Positions 9,213-19,492 of a stretch of DNA of 64,000 nt are shown in pieces. Within the stretch, counting starts at the first letter, position 1. The number at the start of each line of letters is the position of its first letter. Source of the stretch: a virus (lineage: Duplodnaviria > Caudoviricetes); the IMG/VR virus record IMGVR_UViG_3300042465_007707, positions 177 through 64,176 of that record. One strand, 5' to 3'. Position numbers and translations under genes: made by a program. The notes under the pieces were generated by a model. That model ran no database searches and was not told the origin of the DNA. It saw only the letters and a program-made list of their open reading frames with translations.

Positions 9213-9560
9213 TTAATCTATAATTATTTCAATATCATTTACTGAAATACCAAATGTACCAGCCATTTGTATTCTGAATCCTAAATAGTAAAGATAAGTT
9301 GTTGAATCTGTATAGTTCAAACCCGTTGGAACTTGATCTTTTACTAATTCATATAATGTATTAGTATCTTCTGCAGATACAGGATACATATTGTTTGCAA
9401 TCATTTGACCGCTTTCACTTGAATATTCAAACATATAATTTGAATCAAATCCATATCTTAATTGTTGACTACAAGAGCTTAAAGTTCCTGTTACTAATCC
9501 TGTTTCTTGACCTGCAATTCCATTATTGTAAGTTACTGGTACTAATGTTTTAATTTTCAT
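9213..9560 (-). CDS. small partner/chaperone of spike protein
   Basis: Directly follows fibre gene; start moved to MKIKTL to avoid overlap. Confidence 0.55.
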   Translation of the reverse strand: MKIKTLVPVTYNNGIAGQETGLVTGTLSSCSQQLRYGFDSNYMFEYSSESGQMIANNMYPVSAEDTNTLYELVKDQVPTGLNYTDSTTYLYYLGFRIQMAGTFGISVNDIEIIID

Positions 9561-9574
9561 ATTTATTTTTATTA

Positions 9575-10816
9575 TTATGCGTAAATTACTTCTGTTGTAT
9601 CTATTGAGCAACTCCATTGTATATTAGTTGTTGCTGCTCCTGTAACATTTACTGTTAAACATCCAAAACTTGTATTTGCTGCTAATGTAGGAGTTCCCCA
9701 AGCTGGTGTATTTTGAATTAAATTAACATTTGACAGTAATAAAGTTGTACTCCCTGCGGTTGTACCTCTTTGAATTATACCATCAATATCCCAAGCACTT
9801 GTATTTGTTGAGCCACTTTGTCTACCTATAATTGTACCTTTGAATCTTACAGAACTATTATTAGCTAATGCTAACTGGTTATAAGATTGAGAAGTTGCAT
9901 CATCTTCAAAGAAAGCTACTAATATTTTTTCTGTTGCATTTGTCGTTCTTGTTCCAGATACAAATCTTGACGCTTGACACCCTCCTGATACAAATCCTTT
10001 CGTTGCAATCACTAACTTAGTCATTGTACTATTAGCCGACCCCCTTGCGCCAAATAAAGCTGAACCTTGACCGTTATTTGTATGAAGATAGCCAGCTGTA
10101 AAAGTATCATAAGCTGATACTGTATTTTGCCTTCCAGTAACTCCAGAATAGAAGCCACTTAATATATGTGATATGCCAACAGCAAAATTTCCACCTCCAC
10201 TTGAAGTATTATTTTGACCAAATAAAGCGTGATAATTTCCTGTAGTTGTATTGCTTTCACCTCCTATTGTAGAACCTCCTACACAAGTATTACCATAACC
10301 CCCTACAATAGTTCCATAACTTCCAGTTGTAATAGTATTACCATAACCCCCACCAATAGAGTTGTTATCTCCTGCTGTTATCTGGTTGCTTTGACCTCCT
10401 GCAATAACGGAATAGTTAGCTGTAGCTACATTTGTAGCATTGTTACGCTTCATTTGTAAGTCAACAACTCCAACGCCTCTTTTAGTTCCTCCTGTAGTTG
10501 TATCGTCTGGAATATTTGCTAAAATAGAACCTGTTCCCTTAGGTTTTATAACAAAATCTGCATTTGTTGTACTAGCTATAGCCGTTAAAGAATCTACGTT
10601 TACCGTTGCATTTGGTGAAGCTGTAGATTGTGCTTCTGTGAAATAAGTTAAACCACCTGCACCATACGCTACTTGTTGCCAAGATGTTGTGTACTGATAT
10701 GTGTTTCCATTAGATAAGTTTGTGTATCTATCACCAGCTATAGCTGAATGGGTAGGAACACCTGTACCTGTTGATACATTAGAACTTTGATCTGTTTTTG
10801 TATATATTACTCCCAT
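9575..10816 (-). CDS. spike/fibre (receptor-binding) protein
   Basis: G/S/T/N-rich; IxGGxxNxI beta-helix-type repeats; beta-rich C-terminal domain. Confidence 0.7.
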   Translation of the reverse strand: MGVIYTKTDQSSNVSTGTGVPTHSAIAGDRYTNLSNGNTYQYTTSWQQVAYGAGGLTYFTEAQSTASPNATVNVDSLTAIASTTNADFVIKPKGTGSILANIPDDTTTGGTKRGVGVVDLQMKRNNATNVATANYSVIAGGQSNQITAGDNNSIGGGYGNTITTGSYGTIVGGYGNTCVGGSTIGGESNTTTGNYHALFGQNNTSSGGGNFAVGISHILSGFYSGVTGRQNTVSAYDTFTAGYLHTNNGQGSALFGARGSANSTMTKLVIATKGFVSGGCQASRFVSGTRTTNATEKILVAFFEDDATSQSYNQLALANNSSVRFKGTIIGRQSGSTNTSAWDIDGIIQRGTTAGSTTLLLSNVNLIQNTPAWGTPTLAANTSFGCLTVNVTGAATTNIQWSCSIDTTEVIYA

Positions 10817-10818
10817 TA

Positions 10819-11142
10819 TTAATTATTTAAAAGTTCTAAACAAATAGCTAATACTTTGTCAACTGTTAACTTATCATTTTCATCTAATTCAGAAACAGTT
10901 AATACAATAGTTAATCCTGTTATAGGTTGTATGCCTAATTCATCATTATTAGTTGTATAACTACAATAATCAAATTCTTCAACCTGTGTTAGTAAAAATG
11001 TTTTTAAATCTAAAAAGGCTTGCATTTGAACTTCTGTTAATTCAGATACAAATCTAATTTCTGTAGGTTCTGACTCTTCAGATGGCACTATTATTAAAGC
11101 TCCATCTAATTGTCTATACATTATTTGTTTATACGTTTTCAT
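10819..11142 (-). CDS. small acidic partner/chaperone of spike protein
   Basis: Directly follows the 989-aa fibre gene. Confidence 0.55.
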   Translation of the reverse strand: MKTYKQIMYRQLDGALIIVPSEESEPTEIRFVSELTEVQMQAFLDLKTFLLTQVEEFDYCSYTTNNDELGIQPITGLTIVLTVSELDENDKLTVDKVLAICLELLNN

Positions 11143-11153
11143 TAATATATATT

Positions 11154-14123
11154 TTAATTTGTAAAGTATTGTGATGATAGCTCTGTACCACCAAATAAGA
11201 CATTTCCTGTAAAACTAGCAGCCGTTGTTGAAGTCAAAACTATATTTGTTAATGCTGATAAAGTTAATGGCGCTGAAGGCCCTTCAACTAACCATAAACT
11301 ACCAAAAGTAGTATTATAAGTTATACTAGCAAATAATAAAGTAGAAGCATTAATTAGTGTTATTAATTCATTCTGAATAACAACAATTGATTTTCCTGCA
11401 CCAACAACACTAAAAGTTTGTGGTGCTACACCATCATTAATAGTAATACTTGTATTTGTATTTGCTAAAGAAACATCTAATCTAAAAATTCTACCATTAC
11501 CTGAAGTTGAAGTTACAACTCCACCTCTTCCATTTGATCTTGCATAACCTAAAACAATATTTCTTTCGGGTATTGTATTAACTGTGTAATTAACTAATAA
11601 TCCCCAAGCATTTAAAATCAATCCATTATTTATAAGAGTACCAGAAGTTTTGATAATTGTTGATGTAATATTATCACCAGTATTTGCTATTTCTACCGTA
11701 CCATTATTTACAAAAGTACCTCCATTTATGATTCGGACACAACCGTTTGCGGAAAAATAACTCCCATAACCTCTAAGTTTACCATAATTAAGAAATTTAC
11801 CAGCACTTGTATAGGTTACATAATTAGTTAATATATCACCATGATTTTCAAATGAACTACCAGCACCCATAGTAATAGTACCACAAACTAACTGACCATA
11901 ATTGTAAAATGTTCCACCATTCACATTTATAGTTGGCCCACTTTGAGAATATGCATTGTGGTAAACACTACCATTTGTAATTGTAATACTGCCACTAATG
12001 ATTGCATTTAAGAAATTGCATTGTGTCCATGTAGCGTAAGTTCCATTATTTATCAATGCTCCTTGAAATGTTCCATGTATCTCAGCAAATGAACCGTTGT
12101 TAAAAGTAGTAGCTATTACATTTCCGTAAAAATTAGACCTAAATGATGTTGGTGAACCCCCATTGCTTGTAGTCAAATCAGAACAGTTAAGATTTCCATA
12201 AAGGTTTAACATTGTGATATTAGCTACATTACCCGTAACATTCCCGTAAACATTAGCTTTATTTGCTGTCGGCAATGCTCTTACAGTTGTCGGACAAACT
12301 GTATCACCTATGATAGTATAATCATTAAAACTTGCCATGTGACCACCTAACAATCCATAGGTGTAATTAACCTCCCAATATAATAGTGACCCATAAGCTT
12401 TACTTGCATAACCAAATACAGATTCCCACCTAGTCCCCTTTACGTAAAAGTTAATTATATTTAATGCGTTACTTGCATCACCTATTGCCCATGAAGTTCC
12501 TATTGTGTAGAAGTTGTTAAATTTCAGGAACCAATCTTGAACATCCGCATAAAGTATAGTACCTTTAGCAAATATAGAATTTGCATGTGTTCCATTAACA
12601 TTCCATAGTGAAGTATAATGTGGTATAATATAGTCTACATCAAATGAGAATAATGTTATTGCTCCAAAAGATATATCTGTTTTGTAAGTTCCTCCATCAA
12701 TAAAGAATCCTTGTTTACAAATGGATGAAGTAATAACAAAATCACCTATTAATACAACATTATAAGCCGTCCACCATGTAGCCGTTATAGTTGCATTAGC
12801 CGTACAAGTCTTGCTTAAAACTATAGTATTTACAGTTTTAGAAACAACTGTTGAATTATAAGGTATTCCTGTTCCTGTAATATATTGACCTACTTGAATA
12901 TTTGCTGTAGATGATACAGCTGTTAATGTTGCACTTAAATTTGTTGTTGTTGCTGTTACTGTACCTGTATTAGTTATATTTCCTAAAGCATATTCTGGAG
13001 TTAAATAAGGCTTGTTAATATCACCCCTGCCAGTTGTTGCGTTTACTCCGTTTACAGAATCTACATAAATCGTGTTTGTTTGAGGAATTGCTGAAGAACC
13101 ATCTACCCAACTAACAACTCCAGCCCCATTTGTAACTAAAGATTGTGTAGCCGTTCCATCCGTAGTTGGAAAAGTAAAAGCATTATTAACTGTTACCGCA
13201 CCTTGTAAATAAGTATTTGCAATAGAAGTATTACCTAATTGAACCGTATTTGAGCCTTTACCTAAAGCTAAATATCCAATTACAATTTGATTGGTGTCAT
13301 TGTTAGTTAAAGACCTTGTATTGTGACCTAAGAATACAGAGTTTTGAGGTGTTGTATTTGCAGTAGAACCGTTTGCTAAAAAACTACCTGCCCTATAACC
13401 AACTCCAGAATTATTTGAACCAGTTATATTACTCGACAAAACTTCAGAGCCAATAGCTGTATTATTTCCACCTGAAGTATTGTTAGTCATAGCGATTCGT
13501 CCAACCGCCGTATTATCTATAGCATCATTTGAACGTAAAGAATCATGTCCAACAGCTGTATTTGCATATCCAGATATATTATTTTCTAAGGTTCTATTTC
13601 CTATTGCAGTATTACCGTCACCGAATACGTTGCTATATAAAGCATTGTACCCAACAGCAACCATTTGTGAGCTATCGGTGTTTGAAAATAAAGCTCCATA
13701 ACCAAATGCCGAATTATATTGACCTGTAGTATTTGAACCTAAAGATTTTGATCCAACTGTCGTATTGCTAGATATAGACCCACCTCCTTTACCAATCCTC
13801 ACTCCGCTAAAATAAGAATCCTTACTTACATAAATAGCTCCACTTCTTTGAATAGCTGCTGTTTTATTTGAGCCTGCATCAATATCTGTTCCTAATAAAT
13901 ACCACTCTGTAGAATCTACCGAAGGAGCTGCATAAGAAATGTATGCCGTTCCATTCCATATCCATGTCGAAGCATCTACGCTAGAAACGTAAAGAACATC
14001 TACTGTTTGTGGCGTGTTTGGATCAAAAACAACCCCAGCAGTTGTTGGCGTTACTTTGTCAAAACTAACTATCTCACTAGGCGTTACATTTGACGTAACA
14101 TCTTTTTTTATTCCAAATCCCAT
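11154..14123 (-). CDS. large spike/fibre protein
   Basis: NTAxGxxALxxNxxG repeats, TFPTTDG..Q.LVTNGAG linker, IYVDS..G motif, long beta-helix-like region. Confidence 0.75.
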   Translation of the reverse strand: MGFGIKKDVTSNVTPSEIVSFDKVTPTTAGVVFDPNTPQTVDVLYVSSVDASTWIWNGTAYISYAAPSVDSTEWYLLGTDIDAGSNKTAAIQRSGAIYVSKDSYFSGVRIGKGGGSISSNTTVGSKSLGSNTTGQYNSAFGYGALFSNTDSSQMVAVGYNALYSNVFGDGNTAIGNRTLENNISGYANTAVGHDSLRSNDAIDNTAVGRIAMTNNTSGGNNTAIGSEVLSSNITGSNNSGVGYRAGSFLANGSTANTTPQNSVFLGHNTRSLTNNDTNQIVIGYLALGKGSNTVQLGNTSIANTYLQGAVTVNNAFTFPTTDGTATQSLVTNGAGVVSWVDGSSAIPQTNTIYVDSVNGVNATTGRGDINKPYLTPEYALGNITNTGTVTATTTNLSATLTAVSSTANIQVGQYITGTGIPYNSTVVSKTVNTIVLSKTCTANATITATWWTAYNVVLIGDFVITSSICKQGFFIDGGTYKTDISFGAITLFSFDVDYIIPHYTSLWNVNGTHANSIFAKGTILYADVQDWFLKFNNFYTIGTSWAIGDASNALNIINFYVKGTRWESVFGYASKAYGSLLYWEVNYTYGLLGGHMASFNDYTIIGDTVCPTTVRALPTANKANVYGNVTGNVANITMLNLYGNLNCSDLTTSNGGSPTSFRSNFYGNVIATTFNNGSFAEIHGTFQGALINNGTYATWTQCNFLNAIISGSITITNGSVYHNAYSQSGPTINVNGGTFYNYGQLVCGTITMGAGSSFENHGDILTNYVTYTSAGKFLNYGKLRGYGSYFSANGCVRIINGGTFVNNGTVEIANTGDNITSTIIKTSGTLINNGLILNAWGLLVNYTVNTIPERNIVLGYARSNGRGGVVTSTSGNGRIFRLDVSLANTNTSITINDGVAPQTFSVVGAGKSIVVIQNELITLINASTLLFASITYNTTFGSLWLVEGPSAPLTLSALTNIVLTSTTAASFTGNVLFGGTELSSQYFTN

Positions 14124-14138
14124 ATTTTTTTTTATATT

Positions 14139-14381
14139 TTATAAGTAATAATTATTTCTAATTTCTATTGGAACGTTCTCCATTTGTTGAAATGTATAAA
14201 ACAACAAAGGAGTTTGTTCAGTAATAAATGAAGGAGTTTCAGCAATTGCTATAGCTTCATTTTCATATACCTTATAACTTGCTATATAGTTTTCAATTGT
14301 AACACTAGAAGGTTTTAAACAAACATTCGCTTCTAAATCATCTTCAATAACTGTTGTTGGTATTAATATAAATTGTTCCAT
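14139..14381 (-). CDS. small acidic partner/chaperone of spike protein
   Basis: Directly follows the 739-aa fibre gene. Confidence 0.55.
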   Translation of the reverse strand: MEQFILIPTTVIEDDLEANVCLKPSSVTIENYIASYKVYENEAIAIAETPSFITEQTPLLFYTFQQMENVPIEIRNNYYL

Positions 14382-14383
14382 AA

Positions 14384-16603
14384 TTATAATTGAGAATAAA
14401 CACCTAATTTCATTAAATCAAATTGACCCGTACTTGTAACCGAAGTTACCGACATACATCTACTCGCAAAGAAATTTAATCCTTGAGAAGTCAAAGGTAA
14501 ATTTGTCGAAACTGTACCACTTGCAACAGAACCAGTTTCGTTATTTTTCACCTCATATTTTACGTCCGTTGACATAGGTTGATTGTATAATTGAATACTA
14601 TAAACAGTTGTTGAAATTGCACCTACAGTTCTATTTGCAGGAAAATTAACTCCCAAATCAACCTTAGTTGCTGTACCAGTTGCATCATTATGAAAAACTG
14701 ATAAGTTAGCATCTCCATTTTCAGAACCTATGCCTATTATATTAATCAACGTGCTTACTAAAATATTTGATGCAGTACCATAGTTTAAATCAGTTGTTTG
14801 ACCAGCTAAACCATAAAATTGTTGACATCCAGCAGAATATGAAGTATCTGAAATATTAAAATCACATATAAATCTAAATCCACCATGAATAAACCATAAT
14901 AAAGCACTTCCCCTAGTCCCAGTATATCTACCACCCGAAACCACCGTTGCACTATATCTTAATCGAATTTGTTTTGTTGAAAAATTAGTTGATGCAACAG
15001 ATTGAGCAGTTGTTGATGCCGAACTTGACATTGTAACGCCACCTTCAGAAATAACAGTTGTACTATTATTATTAATATTAATTCCCCTATAAGTTTCTAA
15101 AGCACTTAATTTTGGAATGAAATTAGCACTATTAAAAGTGTTCCAATCCGTAGAACTTAAATAACCATTTTGAGTAGCATTTGAAACTTGTTGTGAAATA
15201 GCTACCCCACTACCTATAATTGCACCTGTTCCGCCTGTTATTGTTATTCCATCCGTACCTACATCAGTTAAATTACCTATCGTTAAAGCATCTTGTTTAC
15301 CGTTAAAAGTAGTCCAATTTGCAGAACTTAAAGCCCCTCTATTAGTTGCGCTTGCAGTTGGTAAATTAAACGTATGAGTATCAGTAGCACTACTTATGTT
15401 AAAATCAGTTCCACTCGTTCCTACAGCTAAATATTGAGTATTTGCATTTAATCCATTTAGCGAACTAATACCCCCTGCAAAGGTTGTTATAATTTGACAT
15501 AAATGATTATCCTCTGTGTGTAAAGTAACTGTACGACCCCCAGAATTATCTACAACATAAACTCTTACAGCTAACCTATCTGTTGTTAGTAAAACAGTTT
15601 CTGGAACGGCTAAAGATGTTAAGTATAAATCTATTGTAGTACCCCCTGTTATTTGTTCTGGGATTGCTATTGTACTTGAAATAGAAGTAAAAATAGTTCC
15701 GTTATATTTTAAAAGCTCAACATAGAATTTTGTGTTACCACCGACAGAACTCATAGAAAAAAACATTTCAAAATTCCAAGCTCCACTAGGTATTAAATTT
15801 CTATTAGGATTTGCTACGTTTGTTAAAAATTGAGCAATTAAACCATTACCTGTTAAATTAAAGTCAGTACCTGCGCCAATTATAGCTGTGTTATCTAATT
15901 GCTTGTAACCTATTACACTTGCATTAATACTACCATTTAAATAGTAATATACTGAAGAACCACCACCTGTACTCGTTGGAAAAGTAGCTAATTGACCGTC
16001 ACCTCTAATATATTGAGAAGAAAGCCCAGCACCTGTTACAGCAATAGCTCCGCTACCTGTTATTGGTGAATTACTTACTGTAAAAGCCGTAGGCATAGTT
16101 AAACCTACACTTGTTACCGTTCCTTTACCGTTAAATGTATTCCAATCCGTAGACGATAAGTAACCATCCGTAGTTGTATTTGCTTGCGAAATAGTAAACG
16201 TCCTATTTGCACTTAAATCACCACCGCCAGCTAAAGGCGAGGTAGTCGAAATAGTAGTTGTTTTTAAAGTATAATTACTCCATTTATCAGCGTTTGTAAA
16301 TGTCGAAGGCGAAACAAATTTATCAGTATTCGTTCCTGTATTTACTTCGCTTAAAGTAGCTTGATAAGGAGTTTCTGAATATTCCCACGTTACACCATTT
16401 GAGTAATACATACCTAAAGGGTAATAAGTACCGCCAACAGAAAAAGGAAGCCATTTCGTTCCTTGACTAGCTTCACACCAATAAAATTTACCAGAAACGG
16501 TAGTAGCCGAAGGCAAAGCGGAGTAATTCGCAACCGTAGTTATCGTAGTTCCACCACCGCCACCTCCCGAAGAAGTTTTAGTTATACCAAAGCCTAAACT
16601 CAT
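14384..16603 (-). CDS. spike/fibre protein
   Basis: Three G(Y/A)LSSx(D/N)WxTFN repeats, PLAGGGDLSANRT, GTVTSVGL, QYIRGDG motifs typical of phage fibres. Confidence 0.75.
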   Translation of the reverse strand: MSLGFGITKTSSGGGGGGTTITTVANYSALPSATTVSGKFYWCEASQGTKWLPFSVGGTYYPLGMYYSNGVTWEYSETPYQATLSEVNTGTNTDKFVSPSTFTNADKWSNYTLKTTTISTTSPLAGGGDLSANRTFTISQANTTTDGYLSSTDWNTFNGKGTVTSVGLTMPTAFTVSNSPITGSGAIAVTGAGLSSQYIRGDGQLATFPTSTGGGSSVYYYLNGSINASVIGYKQLDNTAIIGAGTDFNLTGNGLIAQFLTNVANPNRNLIPSGAWNFEMFFSMSSVGGNTKFYVELLKYNGTIFTSISSTIAIPEQITGGTTIDLYLTSLAVPETVLLTTDRLAVRVYVVDNSGGRTVTLHTEDNHLCQIITTFAGGISSLNGLNANTQYLAVGTSGTDFNISSATDTHTFNLPTASATNRGALSSANWTTFNGKQDALTIGNLTDVGTDGITITGGTGAIIGSGVAISQQVSNATQNGYLSSTDWNTFNSANFIPKLSALETYRGININNNSTTVISEGGVTMSSSASTTAQSVASTNFSTKQIRLRYSATVVSGGRYTGTRGSALLWFIHGGFRFICDFNISDTSYSAGCQQFYGLAGQTTDLNYGTASNILVSTLINIIGIGSENGDANLSVFHNDATGTATKVDLGVNFPANRTVGAISTTVYSIQLYNQPMSTDVKYEVKNNETGSVASGTVSTNLPLTSQGLNFFASRCMSVTSVTSTGQFDLMKLGVYSQL

Positions 16604-16609
16604 TCTTAA

Positions 16610-16885
16610 TTAAGATTGAGCAATAATTTCTAATGTGCAACCTGAAGGAGCTGTAATTACCAATCCAGAAATAACACCTGCCGATTGAGAAACAAAAGTT
16701 ACCGTTTCGTTTTGTTCAACTGTTAAAGAATTTGAAACTCTAGCCCCTAAATTCATTTGACCTTGAACAGTTCCTGTAGTTGCTGAAGTACACAATATGC
16801 TTATTCCACGAACACCCATGTTGTCTGTAAGTGTTAAAACTTCATTCGTTAAAACGTATGTTCCTGTGTTTATGTTATTACTCAT
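16610..16885 (-). CDS. small beta-rich putative structural protein
   Basis: Alternating hydrophobic pattern; directly upstream of fibre genes. Confidence 0.55.
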   Translation of the reverse strand: MSNNINTGTYVLTNEVLTLTDNMGVRGISILCTSATTGTVQGQMNLGARVSNSLTVEQNETVTFVSQSAGVISGLVITAPSGCTLEIIAQS

Positions 16886-16905
16886 TTTTTTTATTTTTTT
16901 ATTAG

Positions 16906-17334
16906 TTAATCTTCACCGAAAATATCTTCAAGAGTTAAACCTCTTAATGCTTTACTTTTATGGTAAAGAACAAATTTTAATTCACTTGCGTCTGTATTTT
17001 TACTTCCAATAAGGATATAAATTTCTTTTGCGTTAATATCTTCAACTTCAGCAACACTACTAATATAACCCTTCATAAAATTAGCAGTTAAGTAAGCTCT
17101 TTGCATTAAGTCAAATTTTACGTTTAGAATATCTCGATTGAAATCTAAACTTTTAGTTGCTCCTGTTACAGAATCCTTTTCCGTAATTCCTGAAACAGTT
17201 TTGAAGTACAAAGGTTCACAATCATCCGTTTTTGTATGGATAAATATTGCTACTTTTTCCGTTTCAACATTGTTTTCTTTTGCGAATCTAACCAATGCCG
17301 ACTTCATTATCTTTTTTACTTGTCCTTTTACCAT
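16906..17334 (-). CDS. hypothetical protein
   Basis: ORF with TATTTTTG promoter element at 17357-17364. Confidence 0.7.
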   Translation of the reverse strand: MVKGQVKKIMKSALVRFAKENNVETEKVAIFIHTKTDDCEPLYFKTVSGITEKDSVTGATKSLDFNRDILNVKFDLMQRAYLTANFMKGYISSVAEVEDINAKEIYILIGSKNTDASELKFVLYHKSKALRGLTLEDIFGED

Positions 17335-17392
17335 TTTAATGCCTTATTAATTTAACGCAAAAATAGGTAAAAATAATTAATCAAGGCATTTA

Positions 17393-17878
17393 TTACCCCA
17401 TTAATTCTTTATAAGTAGCTGTGTATGTAAAAGGCACTTTTAAATTCAATCCAAATTTATTTACTTTTATAGTTCCTTTCATTGTTAGAACTACATTTTC
17501 AATATTCAATCCTGTTTGTAATAGAACACCTGTATTTTGAATCAATGTATTAGGATTAAAAGACATTCTCAAAGGAATAGAAGTACTTCCGTTTGGCTTT
17601 ATTGTTGTTGGAACTTGATTGAATATATTCGTTACTTTAACACCGTTTGCGTAAACATCAATATCAATACCATTAACACCTACTATCAATTCAGTTGGGT
17701 TATCAATAGTTAAAAAAAACTCTAAATCAATTTGTTTAGGAGTAAATTTTTTAATTACCGAACCTCTAATGCCGTAAATTAATTTACCACTCAATTCCGC
17801 TTGAAATTTAAGCCACAATCCAATTCCGATTAATAAGCTAATAACACCTGCACCGATTAATGTTTTTTTAATATCCAT
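17393..17878 (-). CDS. LEA_2/WHy-domain membrane protein
   Basis: N-terminal TM, then LTIDNPT...IDVYANG...IKPNGSTSIPL...MKGTIKV. Confidence 0.7.
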   Translation of the reverse strand: MDIKKTLIGAGVISLLIGIGLWLKFQAELSGKLIYGIRGSVIKKFTPKQIDLEFFLTIDNPTELIVGVNGIDIDVYANGVKVTNIFNQVPTTIKPNGSTSIPLRMSFNPNTLIQNTGVLLQTGLNIENVVLTMKGTIKVNKFGLNLKVPFTYTATYKELMG

Positions 17879-18240
17879 TACGCTTGTCTTGAAGATTTTA
17901 CTTTTTTAATTACTACAATCATTACTGTTATAGCCAATAAAGACCCTACAACGATTCCAGTTATCGCTAATGGTGACATTCCAGTAGACTGTTGTTGTTG
18001 ACTAGCTTTCAGTTGTATTGCGTTAGCTATTGCTAAATCAGAATCAGCTTGTTTACCTTTAGTAGCTACATTTCCTTTAATCATTTCTGTTAAAGCGTCC
18101 CACATTTTTCCGTCACCAAAAGCGTTATCGTACTCTGCATTTTCGTTAAAATATGCGTATGGATCAATTCCGTCTGCATTATTGAAATTTCCTTTTTTAA
18201 TCTCTAATATATCGCTATATTGTTCTGCGTTAAATCCCAT
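17878..18240 (-). CDS. virion membrane protein, C-terminal TM
   Basis: FNNADG and YDNAFG motifs; C-terminal hydrophobic helix followed by Lys residues. Confidence 0.75.
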   Translation of the reverse strand: MGFNAEQYSDILEIKKGNFNNADGIDPYAYFNENAEYDNAFGDGKMWDALTEMIKGNVATKGKQADSDLAIANAIQLKASQQQQSTGMSPLAITGIVVGSLLAITVMIVVIKKVKSSRQA

Positions 18241-18917
18241 TATTTCCTATTTTTATAAATTATAATTCCAATTACTGTTGCTAATAATATTCCACCGCCA
18301 ATTAAAGAGTACATTAATACATTACTACCGCTATCAGGAGTATCATCTAAAGTTGTAGGTTTAGATGGAGTAGGTGATACAGGTGCGTTTGGATCTGGAA
18401 CTAAAGGTGGATTTCCTTTAATTAAATCATCTAAAGTTGTAGGTTTAGATGGAGTAGGTGATACAGGTGCGTTTGGAACTGTAACAAAAGCTGGATTTCC
18501 GTTTTCACAAAACTCTCTTTTTTCACGACTAAAAGGATGAAGAAATAAACACTTTGTACTGCTACTGCTGGTTGAACTTATCTTTATTCCTTTTTCACAA
18601 TTACTTCTTCTAATTTTACTAAAAGGATGAAGGATTGCACATTTTTTATTAACTGAAGATTTAACTTTTGAAGGTCTGTTTTTTTCACAAGCTGCCCTTC
18701 TTACTTTGTTGAAAGGATGAAGTATTAAGCAACCTCCTGCGTAAGAATAAGCATCGTCACCTCCTGCGTAAGAATACGGATCGTCACCTCCTAAATAAGA
18801 ATACGGATCGTCACCCCCTGCATAAGAATATGGATCAAATCCATCTACGTTGTTAAAGCTATCTACTGAATCATTAACAGATAAAACTTCGCTGTATTGT
18901 TGTATGTTAAATCCCAT
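18240..18917 (-). CDS. repeat-rich virion membrane protein, C-terminal TM
   Basis: N-terminus paralogous to 17878..18240; YSYAGG-type repeats x4, C-x-x-LHPF..C x3, Pro-rich duplication. Confidence 0.8.
   Translation of the reverse strand: MGFNIQQYSEVLSVNDSVDSFNNVDGFDPYSYAGGDDPYSYLGGDDPYSYAGGDDAYSYAGGCLILHPFNKVRRAACEKNRPSKVKSSVNKKCAILHPFSKIRRSNCEKGIKISSTSSSSTKCLFLHPFSREKREFCENGNPAFVTVPNAPVSPTPSKPTTLDDLIKGNPPLVPDPNAPVSPTPSKPTTLDDTPDSGSNVLMYSLIGGGILLATVIGIIIYKNRK
18342..18477. repeat. 52-bp perfect direct repeat (coding)
   Basis: 18342-18393 equals 18426-18477; encodes PNAPVSPTPSKPTTLDD. Confidence 0.85.
18733..18840. repeat. 4 x 27-bp tandem repeat (coding, DDPYSYAGG-like)
   Basis: Contiguous cctcctgcgtaagaatacggatcgtca-like units. 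Confidence 0.85.
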
Positions 18918-18937
18918 TGTATTTATTTATTTATTAA

Positions 18938-19492
18938 TTAATATGGATTTCCTAAACCGTAAGCCTTAGAAAAATTAATTCGTTTATCTTTTACTTCATT
19001 GTAAGTTGCTGAATCTTTACCCATTATAATCTTTAAAGCATTTACAGATTTAGATCCAAAAATTCCGTCTAAAGTTAAAGGCTTGATATTAGCTACAGCT
19101 AATCTTCTTGATTCTTTAGCATCTGATGAAGAACTGTCAACAGGCATATATCCGAAAGCATCAACATAAATCAATCCTTGAGTTGGATTAATAGTGTTTT
19201 TAACTCCTGATTTCACTTTTTTAGCGTCACTAATTATATTATTCAAACATTGTTGAATTGTTTTTGCTTCATCTCCTTTAGAACCCATAGAAATTACTTT
19301 ATCAGGATTAAAAGAAGGTTTACTAGCTGTTTTGCTTTCTGGTTCAAAGCTTCCTAAAACTAAATCAACAGGTAGTGTAAAATCTTCCGTTCCTCTATTT
19401 GATATAATCTTTTTAATCAATCTATATCCTCCGTATAAAGCTACCAAAGAAACTACTGAAATAACTCCTATTTTAATGTATTTTTTATTCAT
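18938..19492 (-). CDS. membrane protein with split peptidoglycan-binding (PG_binding_1-like) domain
   Basis: N-terminal TM; ISMGSKGDEAKTIQQCLN ... LTLDGIFGSKSVNAL separated by an insertion. Confidence 0.65.
   Translation of the reverse strand: MNKKYIKIGVISVVSLVALYGGYRLIKKIISNRGTEDFTLPVDLVLGSFEPESKTASKPSFNPDKVISMGSKGDEAKTIQQCLNNIISDAKKVKSGVKNTINPTQGLIYVDAFGYMPVDSSSSDAKESRRLAVANIKPLTLDGIFGSKSVNALKIIMGKDSATYNEVKDKRINFSKAYGLGNPY

Noticed and set aside
18733-18840. 27-bp repeats as a CRISPR array
   Set aside because: Contiguous with no spacers, in-frame within a CDS, and no cas genes in the window
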